A stretch of 64,000 bases of DNA from the NCBI GenBank assembly GCA_024679065.1, contig JAGIQG010000004.1, forward strand, positions 35,588,001 to 35,652,000, read 5' to 3'. How positions within the stretch are numbered: the first letter of the stretch is position 1; each line of letters opens with the position of its first letter. A program made the translations under genes and the position numbers. This stretch comes from Sphyrna mokarran. Its lineage: Eukaryota. The notes under the pieces were generated by a model. That model was not told the origin of the DNA. It worked only from the letters and a program-made list of their open reading frames with translations, and searched no databases. Below, one piece after another: positions 48,288 through 60,200 of this stretch.

Positions 48288-51200
48288 GTAAATGGGGAAG
48301 GAGGAGGATGGTGTGTGTGTGTGTGCGCGCCCCTACAAGCCGGTTACTCTGTAGCGCAGCCTGTCAGATGGAGAATGTGGTTGTTTTGTCTTGCAGATCT
48401 CAAAGCTTTCGAGAGGAGGCTGACCGAATACATTTCCTGCTTACAGCCGGCGACGGGACGTTGGCGAAGTGAGTATTCACTGTGTGTGTGTGTGCGCGTC
48501 CGTCCGCCCACCCTTTTCATATTTCGTTTATTATCACATGTATTATACAGTGAAGAGTCTTGGTTCCTGTGCACTGTACAGACAAAGCATACTCTTCATA
48601 AAGAAGAGGGGTACAGTCATAGCGTACAGAAAGATAAACTTAATGCAAGGTAGGTCTGTCCAAGAGTCTGGTGGCAGAAGGGAAGAAACTGTTCTTGAGT
48701 TGGTTGGTTGGTACGTGACCTCAGACTTTTGTATCTTTTTCCCCGTGGAAGAAGATGGAAGAGAGAACGGTCCGGGGTGCATGGGGTCCTTAATTATGTT
48801 TGGCTGCTTTGCCGAGGCAGCAGGAAGTGTGGACAGAGTCAATGGATGGGAGGCTGGTTTCTGTGATGGATTGGGCTGCATTCATTACCGTTTCTTGCAG
48901 TCTTGGGCAGAGCATGAGTCGTGCCAAGCTGTGATACAACCAGAAATAATGCTTTCTGTGGTATATCTGTAGAAGTTGGTGAGATACACACGTACCCTGA
49001 GATGCATACTCGCCCTCGGTGAGTATCCAGAATATGTGAGTGTCCACACTCAGTGAATATCCAAAGGGTCTGCCCTTGGTGAAAGGAGAGAGAACTGGTG
49101 GGGGGTCTAATGCTGTAATTAGAAATGGAGGCAGTTTGGAGTTGCACTTCCAAATGCACTTTGTGGTAGGAATACATTCTCCAAATAGTAGTATCAAGTG
49201 GTCCGTTAGACACTCATACAAAAGGAAGGTATTGTAGGTGCTGGAAATCTGACATAAAAACAGAATATGTTGCAAAACTGAAATTCAACCAAAAAATTCT
49301 GAGAATCTGAAATAAAAACAAGATTATGTACATTCGAAATAAAAACAAAAGGTGTTGCAAATCTGCAATGCAAACAGAAAATGCTGCAAATCTGGCCCAC
49401 CTTGAAGTATTAACTCACAAATGCTAACAGATCTACAGATTGTTTTGAGTTTTTTTTAATTTTTGTTCTCATTAAATGTGCTGCAGATTCCTTTATACCT
49501 GGTGAAATATGTTAGATTGAAGTAATCACTGTCAGGACATTAATTCAGCACAGCACCTTGCTTTTCTTCATGTATAACAACTGAAATAACATAGTAATAC
49601 AACAAAAAAAGTCACTAGGATTTTCCAAGCCTAGCTTTGAGCATCTGTGTTGTACAGGACACTGTCTACATATGTACTTGAAGGAATACAATATGAAGAG
49701 AGGCAGTGTTGGGAAGCAGAAGGACTTTGGAGTTCATAGGACTCTTAAATCGGCCTCACAGGTGGAGGATGTGGTCAAGAAGGCGTATTGTGTACTGGCC
49801 TGCATTAATCGAGGGATTGAGTTTAGGAGTCGGGAGGTGATGCTGCAACTTTATCGGACCCTTGTCAGATCCCACTTGGAGTACTGTGCGCATTTCTGGT
49901 CGCCTCACTATAGGAAGGATGTGGAAGTTATTGAGAGGATGCAGAGGAGATTTACAAGGATGTTGCCTGGATTGGGAGGCATGCCTTATGAGGATAGATT
50001 GAGGGAGCTAGGTCTCTTCTCCCTGGAGAGACGAAGGTTGAGAGGCGACCTGATAGAGATTTATAAGATGTTGAGAGGTATAGATAGGGTGGATCCTCGG
50101 AGGCTATTTCCCAGGGCTGAAATGGTCACTACGAGAGGACACAGGTTTAAGGTGGTGGGGAGCAAGTTCAAAGGAGATGTCAGGAGTAAGTTTTTCACTG
50201 AGGGTGGTGAATGAATGGAATTGGCTGCTGTCAGTGGTGGTGGAGGCAAACTCGCTGGGATCTTTAAGAGATTCTGGATGAGTACATGGGATTTAATGGG
50301 ATTACAGATAGGCCTGGTAGGTGTGGATATGATCAGAGCAACTTGTGGGCTGAAGGATCTCTTTGTGCTGTACTGTTCTGTGTTCTATGCACTCGGGCAT
50401 TAAGAAGTCAACCTCAAAGTTTTCCTCTTTCTATCACAGCCTATAAAAAAATTAAAGAACTTCTATAATTGCTAAGATGTTCAATGGCTGGAAGGAATCT
50501 CATTTCAATATTTAAGGTACAAGCAAGTGTTAGTGTAGTATGGATCATCAATATGAGCCATACAGACCAGTAACGTCTAAGGTTCAATACCCTGAGCTTC
50601 ATTGTCTTTCAATATAGATGGGGAAAAATCAGCTAGGATTTCTGCTCTTTAGCAATGTTCAGTGACAATTGCAAAATTATAATGTTGTGAACTTCACATA
50701 GGGCAGGATTAGGTTTCAGTGCAATTTTCCATCATTCTGAAGTGTATGAAAAGCTGCTTTTGATCACAAAATCCTTTCACGATTGATTAATAAATCATGG
50801 CCACTAGGGCAAAATAACAAATTTCAGCAGTGTTGTGAGACTCAATCCTAGCAAAAATCGAAACCATCATAGATCAGGCTTTCAGAAATAATTTAGAACA
50901 GAAATTGCTTGAAGCAACCCACAAAATCTTATCAATTGCCTTCTGAATCTGTAAATTACCACTCTTTGAAGAACTCAACCAGGTTTGTAATATTGGGAGG
51001 ATGGTTAGAGCAACCAGTGTGTTTGCACATTGATGATATACTTATTGCAACTATGGGTGGCATTTTCAGCCCCACACACGACTAAGAGTATCTGGTCCTA
51101 CTGAAAGTCAATGGGCCTGTGGCTGGCTCACGGAGATACTCCCACAGAGGGGTTGAAAAATCTTGGTCTATGTCTTTCACAGAGAAGCATGCACCAACAA

Positions 51201-54200
51201 GGAGTTTATCAATAATACATTATGTCAAGGGCCTGCCAAATACATTTTCAAAGAACAAAACAGCACGGGAAACAGGCCCTTCGGCCCAATGAGCCCGCAC
51301 CGCCACCCCGATGTTCCCACCTCTACCCGCGATCTCTGTCCATGTTTATAGATCTATGGATTAAAAACCAAATTTGAGACAATTTAGGGAGAATTTGTTT
51401 TGCCAATTAGCCTAAGAGCACATCTTTGGAGGAAACCGGAGCACCCGGAGAAAACCCACACAAGCATGGGGAGAATGCGCAAACTCCCACAGACACAGGC
51501 CCAAATCCATGTATCCGCACAGCACAGCGATAGTCACTGAGCTGTCGTGTTGCCCATCAAGTGGTCCAGGTCAAGCGTGAAGCACCAAGATACTCTCGAA
51601 AGAAAAATCCAAAAGCAGCCCTCTCACGACCCATCGCGTGTATGCCCCTCGTTAGACAACAAGGTGGACCATAGCACCTATAGGATAAAAACAAGTACAT
51701 CAATATCATCATCTAATTATACACTTCCCAGGGACTCCCAAGGCTCATGATCCCTATTTTAAATCAGTTTTCTATACCCCTCCATTCCCATTCTGTTCAT
51801 GTGCCCATCTAAGTATTTAAATAACTCCAGAGTACCTGCCTCCACCACTTTACTTGGCAATGCATTCCATACCCCCACCACTCTCTGTGTGGAAAAAACT
51901 CCCTCTAGCATCCAAATTATACCTTACCCCCGTCACCCTAAGCCCGTGACCCCTCGTGCTATTCGAGTCCATCCTAGGAAAAAGCTTAACCCTGTTTACT
52001 CTATCTATACCCCTCATAATCTTGTATATCTCCATTAGATCTCCTCTAAGTCTACGTCTTTCCAAGGAAAACAGTCCCAATTTGCCTAACCTCTCCTCGT
52101 AACTCAGACCTTCCATACCAGGCAGCATCCTGGTAAACCCCCTCTGCACTGTCTCCAGAGTCTCCATGTCCTTTCGGTAGTAAGGCGACCAGAACTGGAC
52201 GCAGTATTCCAAATGAGGTCTAACCAACGTTTTATACAACTGCAACATTAAAGGCCAGCTCTTGTACTCTATACCCCTTCCTATAAAGGCTAACATACTA
52301 TATGCTTTCTTCACAACCTTCTCCACTTGCTCTGCCACCTTCAGAGACTTGTTCACCTGCACCCCCAGGTCCCTCTGCGTTTCTATACCCTTAATAGGTC
52401 TACCCTTTATCATATACCTCCCCCCTACATTCTTTCTCCTGAAATGCATCACCTCGCATTTATCAGGATTGAATTCCATCTGCCATCTGTCTGCCCAAGC
52501 TACCAGCCTATCTATGTCCTGCTGCATTGCCTGACAATGCTCCTCACTATCCGCAAGTCCAGCCATCTTTGTATCATCTGCAAACTTGCTGATCACTCCA
52601 CCTTCCAAGTCATTTATATATATTACAAATAGAAGAGGTCCCAGTACTGAGCCCTGCGGCACACCACTAGTGACTGACTCCAGCTAGAAAAACACCCACT
52701 ATTACTCTCTGTCTCCTATTACCAAGCCAGTTACTTATCTATCTAGCTACCTGTCCTGGTATCCCATTAGCCTTGACCTTCTCAACTAATCTTCCATGAG
52801 GGACTTTGTCAAACGCCTTACTAGAATCCATATAGACAACATCAACTGCTCGCCCTTCATCCACTGTTTTCGTCATCTCCTCAAAAAATTCTACCAGATT
52901 TGAAAGGCACGACCTCCCCTTAACACATCCATGCTGTGTATCCCTTATCAGATCGCAATGCTCTAAGTGCCCATACATCCTATCTCTAAGAATCCCCTCC
53001 AACAGCTTCCCTACCACTGATGTCAAACTCACTGGCCTATAATTCCCAGGGTTATCCCTACTACCCTTTTTAAACAATGGTACAACCTTAGCTATTCTCC
53101 AGTCCTCTGGGACCTCACCTGTGTCCAAGGAAGAGACAAAGATTTGCATCAGAGGCCCAGCAATTTCACCTCGCACCTCCCTAAGCAGTCTGGGATAAAT
53201 GCCATCAGGCCCAGGAGATTTATCAGTTTTAATGCTACCTAGAAGCTCTAACACTTCCTCCCTCGGTATGGATATTTCCCTCAATTAGTCCACAGCTCCC
53301 TCAGAGACAGGAGCTGTCAACAAGCCCCTCTCTTTTGTGAATACCGACGCAAAGTATTATGTGATGCTGAGCAGTGTTGTAGTTAATTATTGTGTTTGAA
53401 TTATGCTCAACTCAAAAGTAAACTTTATATCTGTCCGTGCATTATATAAACTAAAACTTGATCTTAATATGCAAAATATTTCAATTAGCATTTTTCAAGG
53501 GCATACAATACACCCCTCTACTGTTAGGTATGCATTAGAAATAATATGCCTGGCCTACTGTGTGCTTCAAGCTAGTTAAAATTCCAGGATGGAAGTTTGT
53601 GTAGCTCAGGTTAAAAACTATTAATCTGGATTGTGGAAAAGTAATTACATGGATGCAAGAACTAAGCAGAATTATTTAAAATATAGATATAATTTTCTTG
53701 TAATAAATATCTTTTGATATGCTTATTGATGAACTTGTGCCATTGTACTCTGACGATTCATAGCACCTTGGATCTGTCCTTCACAAAAACAAACCTTTGC
53801 AGAAAGCAGCCTCAGAAACTATATTTTAAATGATTTGAATGGTCAATTTTTTTATTCCTTCCTGGCCTGGCCACAATTTATTGCTGTTCCTACTTGTCCT
53901 TGAGAAGAAATGGTGAGCTGTCATCTTGAATTGCTGCAGTCTATTTAATGTAGAAATGCCGGCATTGGACTCACCTGATGAAGGAGCTTTGCTCCAAAAG
54001 CTCATGATACCAAATAAATCTGTTGGATTCTCACCTGGTATTGAGATTTCTTATTGCAATCTACATATTTTAGGAACACTGGAGTGCTGTTCAGAAGGGA
54101 GTGCAAGGATTTTGATCCAGCGAGAGTGAAGGAAAATAGACAAAGCTAACTTCTAGTTAGAAATAAAGGTTTCTTAAAGTAATTATGATAAGTACATTTA

Positions 54201-57200
54201 GAATTTGTTTTTTGGAATATAAATCTCTGATGTCTTACTGAACCGCATCATGAAAATATTGGTAACGGGAATTCAACTTTTTATTTGCAGTGATTCTCAT
54301 TGTTGTTTCGGTATGTACTGCCACAGGTGCCTGGAATTGGTTAATAGATCCTGAAACGCAAAAGGTAACTTGATGCTTTTATACTTAAAATTGTCAGAAA
54401 GTTATGTCCGGTACAAATAAGTGGAAGTACACTTTCAAAAGGTTTGTTTTAATTGATTTCTGTTTAACAACAGCTTGAGCAGATTTTCTTTTGATTCTTA
54501 CAAGTTTCAGAAAGAGGCTTTATTTGGAGAAATGCATTTTACATAAAAGTGAAACATCAGCCTCTCTGAAAATAAAGGATTCAAATTCAGTTAATTTTCT
54601 GGCATTTTGTAAGCCAGAAAATGGTCAGAAAGAATACCGAGTGATAGTGTTAATGTTTTGTTAATGGTTCATGTGAAATTACTGGCTTGTTTGAGCAAGT
54701 GTTATGGCGAGGTTTAGAGTATCCAAAACCTTGCAGGTTGTGCTCACCTGGCTTGAGGAGAGATGTTGCCGCGTATTTCGTTATAGATCTAAATCTTCCA
54801 ACTTTTCAATTATGAATTCATGATTTGAGTTATGAATGGAAAATAACAGTCAACTTTTGATCTGTTTAAAATTACAATGCCTTTCAGAAAGAAGGAAATG
54901 GACAAAGTTTCAGATTTCCTCTGCTTGTAATCTGATTTTTTTGTTTGTTCATTGGCCTGATGGCTGTGGCTTCTTAATTTGGTTATGCATTAAACAATTA
55001 AGGCTGCCTTTGTGTCAATCCTTTTCCTTTGCTTCCTTTGGATTAAAACGATTCCTGTTTCTTCTGTCCACGTGAAAGCATTAAAACAGTTCTGAGAGAT
55101 AATCTGGCTTGGATAGGCATGAGAAGTAGTACAAAATCAGTAAACAAGCTACAAAGTTTTGTAGCTTGACGTGTATCTGTCTAAGGTCAAATTTCTGTCA
55201 ATGATCTGGCATTCCTAAGAAATATTTGATCCCCTGCCCAATTTTTGAAAATGTTTGCAAAAATTCTGTATTCTAATATAAGGTATTTGTAAGAGAAATA
55301 AAGATCAACATGTAGCAAGTTTTGAAATGAATTGAATATGTTTCTCTAAATTGTGCATGTTGCTGGTGTACAGTCAATTACTTGGGAGCCTGAAGAGCCT
55401 GTTGCTTTCTCCATGGCTGTGGCTCAGTCTATGTTGACTTGCCAATGAATCAGTGCCCTTTTCTCCTGTGGTGTACATTGTTGTGATGTTTGGTAGTCTT
55501 GCATTTATTTTGATAAATGCAAGACAAAAAGCATCAACAATATGTTTCTCTCTTCAGCAATACTTTTTAAATCTTTTTAGGTATCTTTTTTCACATCGCT
55601 ATGGAATCATCCATTCTTCACCATCAGCTGTATAACTCTTATTGGTTTATTCTTTGCTGGAATACATAAAAGAGTGGTTGCACCATCAATGTATCCTTTT
55701 TTGGTATGTCATGGACAGAATTTATGGCTTTTCTTTTATTACTTGTGATCAATATGTTTCTGTGAGAGGTATATGTTTTGCCCTCACTGAGTGTGTCCCA
55801 ATTCAATAACTCCAGCAGCAAGATTTTTGTAAGTTACAAATGAAGAAACCTACCCCAAACTTAGCTCAATGTTTCATTCATTCATCTCTCACACACAAAG
55901 ATACAGGTGAATGTCCTATCTTGTTTCAGCTAATAATAATCTCAGTCTCTTTGGTGGCAGGCCAGTAAATTTTTAGATGCACTTGATGTCTTAAAGTTGA
56001 ATTGAAAATCTTGTAAAGTGAGTGATTCTCAACAGGCTGTGAGTTTTCTCGTCAAATTTCCAAGAGTCTGCTTCTCAGGTTCACTTTAACTGGAACAGGT
56101 TGGGGAATTACTTCAGTTATTTGAGTGACTTACAGGTAGTTCAATGTCATTTGATGGAACTCCATCTGCAAGCAGCTTGTAAGTTTTATAAGTAGATAAA
56201 ATTTTTCCCTCGTTATGTACTTCTGACAAGTTCGAAGTCCTTTTTCCAAACAATGGAGAATGCATATGTTGATTTCAATCATGTAGTGTTGATAGTTGAG
56301 ATTTATCCAGCCTAATTCGGATGGGAGAAAACAGTTATAATACAATGGAAGGTTGATGGGATCTATTCATATGTCTCACACACTTGGAGCTTTGAAGTCT
56401 CCATTTATCTAGAATGAAACAGAAAGTGAGGTTCTTTCCAAAGTCCTTTTTTTTTATGTTGATCCATCCTTAAAGGATTGAGTGAATGCTCTAGATGCCT
56501 GTGAATGTCGATAGTAAATTAGGTATTCTCTTGAAATTTAAGATGGTCTGAGGTTCAGATGCAAGAGGTTACATGATTTGCAGCAGCCATTTTAATATTC
56601 TGTCTAGCTTTTAAAGTATTGACTGAAAATTGATAATTACTGTGACATGACATGGTGTCTTTCAAATTGCTGTCAGCTTGATTTGCAGAATTAGATCAGT
56701 GCTGTGGTGTCTTTCCAAATGCTGACTATGTGTTTTTAAATTAACTTAGCTGAGATGAGTCCTGTCTTCGCTCAGTACCAATGCTTTGGAATGTTTGGTC
56801 TATTATTTACTGTTAAACTGAAAATTGCATATGTTTAACCAGGAGAGAAAGCCAACATTCTTTAGTTTTATAATAGTAGTTCAGTACAGTTTCCTTCACT
56901 GCATTCTGTTGGGTGATTTGTCATTCTTGTAGAATTAATGAATCTATAATTCTTTATGCAATCTCTTCCATAAGAACGGTCAATATTACATAATTCCAAC
57001 TTTAATTGATGAAAAATTGATTTTCTTTAACCTGTTGTTTATAGTATAGCTGCAAGATGTCGAACTGTTTTGGCAGAGTACAACATGTCTTGTGATGATG
57101 TAAGTATTTGTTTTCAGAGCCAGAGTGCCTGGAAAATTTAAGTTAAAATTGCATGGGTTTTAAATTTGAAGTCCTCGCTGATTTGAGTTGTCAAGCTATC

Positions 57201-60200
57201 ATTTGAATTTTTAGTATAAAGCACAAATGTTTTGAACTGTTTTGTGTTTTACTTTTTTAAGCCCTGTTGTGTGATTATGGGCATCGTATGCATCTTTTTC
57301 TTTGCGTAAATTTCTTTTAAGATTGTTTTAAACTTTCTCTCAGTGCATGAATAGTTGGCAAATTAAAGGGGGGACAAGGAGGTAAAAATAGTGACCAGTT
57401 TAACCATGTTTAAATGTGTGAGAATTGCTACTGATTTAGAAACTTGTACTTTTTTATGTATAATTTTAGACTTGGTATTTTGGTTGGTCCAATATGCACA
57501 ACAATATGAATCTGCTTTCATTTTTGTAAATTGCAAAGGAATTTTGTATTTTGTATTTTCATTTTGTATTTTCCACCTATCTTGGCCCTATACTCTTTTC
57601 CAATTTCCAATACGCCAATGGAGGAATGGAACAATGTAACAACTGTTGCTTGTTAATTGAGTTACTACAATTGCTATTTGACAAGAGATAAAATGTGCAA
57701 AGGTCTTTGACAAAGTCAACTATGAGAGATTATGGAGCATACTCCTCTATTTTGACTGCCCCCAAAAGTTTGCCACCATTCTCCCCTTGCACCGTAGTGA
57801 CATGTAAGCCATGGTGCTGATTAATGGGTCCGCCATAGACCCAATTCATGTTTGGACTAGAATCAAGCACCAACGTGTTTCTTGACCTTCCTTGCTAAAA
57901 TGGTCCACCTCGCCCTTATGTTCCTGCTGGAATGGAGCTAAACTGCAGAGAAAAAATGGCATCTGTTCTTCGCTGCCTGCAAGCAAGATCTAAGGTCATC
58001 TAAGGCCAACTTCTTTCGTTGAACAGCAGTATGCAGACAATACTTGCGTCTGCAGGTTATCAAAATCCATAACAAGGCCTTGGTCAATGCAAACCACTTT
58101 CCATACCTTGGGAATACACTGTTAGTAAGGACAGATGTCGACAATGAGATTCAACACCACTTTGTATGCCAGTGCAGGCTTCAGTTGTCTGAGCGAGAGA
58201 GTTTGAAGATCAGGACCTCTGACCCAGCAGCAGGCTCATGGTCTTTATAGCAGTAGTGAAACCCACCCTCCTAAATGTCTGAGATGTGCATTTATATACA
58301 GTCAACACTTCAGAACCCTGGAAAAGTGCCATCAGCACTGTCTCCACAAGATCCTTCAAATCCATTGGAGGGATAGGTACACCAATTAAGTTGGTTTATT
58401 TGTTTTGCCCTAAAAGAAAGACAGGCACGTCAAACAGGGTTTTCGCTCAGGCCAACGTCCCTAACACCAAAGCACTTATTATCTCTTATTAGCTGTACTG
58501 GCTTGGCCACATTGTCTGCATGCCTGATACAAGACTCCTGAAACAAATGCTTTAATTGGAGCTTTGACACAGTAAGCAAGCCTCAGGAGGGCAGAAGAAA
58601 CTGTTTCTGGACATCTTCAAAGACTCCCTGAAAAAGTGTAATATCCTCAATGACACCTGGGAATCCCTGATCCAAGATAGCCTGAAGTGGAGAAAAAGCA
58701 TCCAGGAAGGAGCTAAACACCTTGTTTCATCGCCGATACAAGCTGAAGCCAAGCACCAACGGTGAAAGGAAGGCATGATAATCTAGGTATCCCACCCATC
58801 CATTCCTCCAACCACCTGGGACAAATTGTAGATCACACATAGGTGACTGAGAAATTCAAAGAACTCATTTTTGAAATGGTAGCAAGTCATCCTCTATCCC
58901 AAGGGACTGTCTAAGGAAAACAATTCTTATTTGATAAGAAATAAAATTTACTGGTCAAAATTTGCCTTCAAATTAATTTTTTCTCTTCCAGAATTTATTC
59001 TTTTGTTTCGATTTCCTTGTTGCTGAAATTCAGTAAAAATTGAATCTCATCCAACAATTACAAATGTGGTGACTTGACTCTACTCATTTTTTGGTCAAAA
59101 GCATAGAACATAGAACATTACAGCACAGAACAGGCCCTTCGGCCTTCGATGTTGTGCCGACCAAAATAAAAAGCAATGCCCCTCCAAACTAAACATTCCC
59201 TTCTCTTCCATATACTTATCAATTAACCTCTTAAACGCCACCAAACTTGGCGCATCTACAACAGCTGCAGGCAGGGCATTCCACTCCCTATCACTCTTTG
59301 AGTAAAGAACCTACCTCTGATATCTGTCCTATAACTCATACCCCTTAATTTAAAGCTGTGTCCCCTCGTGCTAGCTTTCACCATCCTAGGAAAAAGGCTA
59401 TCACTGTCCACCCTATCTAAACCTCTAATCATCTTATATGCTTCAATAAGATCCCTCTTAGCCGCCTCCTTTCTAACGAAAACAACCTCAAATCCTTCAA
59501 CTTCTCTTCATAGGACCTGCCCTCCATACCAGGCAACATCCTGGTAAACCTCCTCTGTACCCTCACCAATGCCTCCACATCTTTCTTATAATGTGGCGAC
59601 CAGAACTGCACACAATACTCCAAGTGCGGCCGCACTAGAGTTTTGTACAGCTGCAACATGATGCTGCGGCTCCTCAATTCAATCCCCCTACCAATAAAAG
59701 CTAAGACTCCATAAGCCTTCTTAACAACTTTATCCACTTGACTGCCTACTTTCAGGGATCTATTGACACATACACCAAGATCCTTCTGTTCCTCAACACT
59801 ATTAAGAGCCCTACCATTAGCCCTATACTCTACACATTTATTGTTCCACCCATAAAAATAGCAAGACTGCTATTTTTGCTCTGCTACTGCTGGAAGATTA
59901 CATTCTTGGTTTCTAGCTCTTGATGCTTCAGGAAGGAAATGAATTTCATTCTTCACATGTTTATTGTTTTCTAAATTTGTCATAGTGATTTTTAAGTGGA
60001 TTTGTTCCATTATTTATATTACTGATGTAACTACTATCCAGGAAGTGTCAACTAACATTTAAATGTCAGCTTTTGGGTACATTTACATTATTACTAGCAT
60101 AAAACAATTTCACACTGATGCTCCAATTACAATGTAAATGGAACCTCATTCTGGGCTTGTGGATAGACCTGCCCTGACACTAAAGACCATTTTAAAAAAT

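Larger units (their letters stand above)
47390..48510. promoter_or_regulatory. CpG-island bidirectional promoter shared by NCOA5-like (-) and CNEP1R1 (+)
   Basis: Only CpG-rich non-transposon stretch; CCAAT boxes at 48139 and 48176, G-rich Sp1-like boxes ~48205-48240, multiple CCGGAA; candidate minus-strand first-exon donor GAG|GTGAAT at 47887. Confidence 0.85.
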
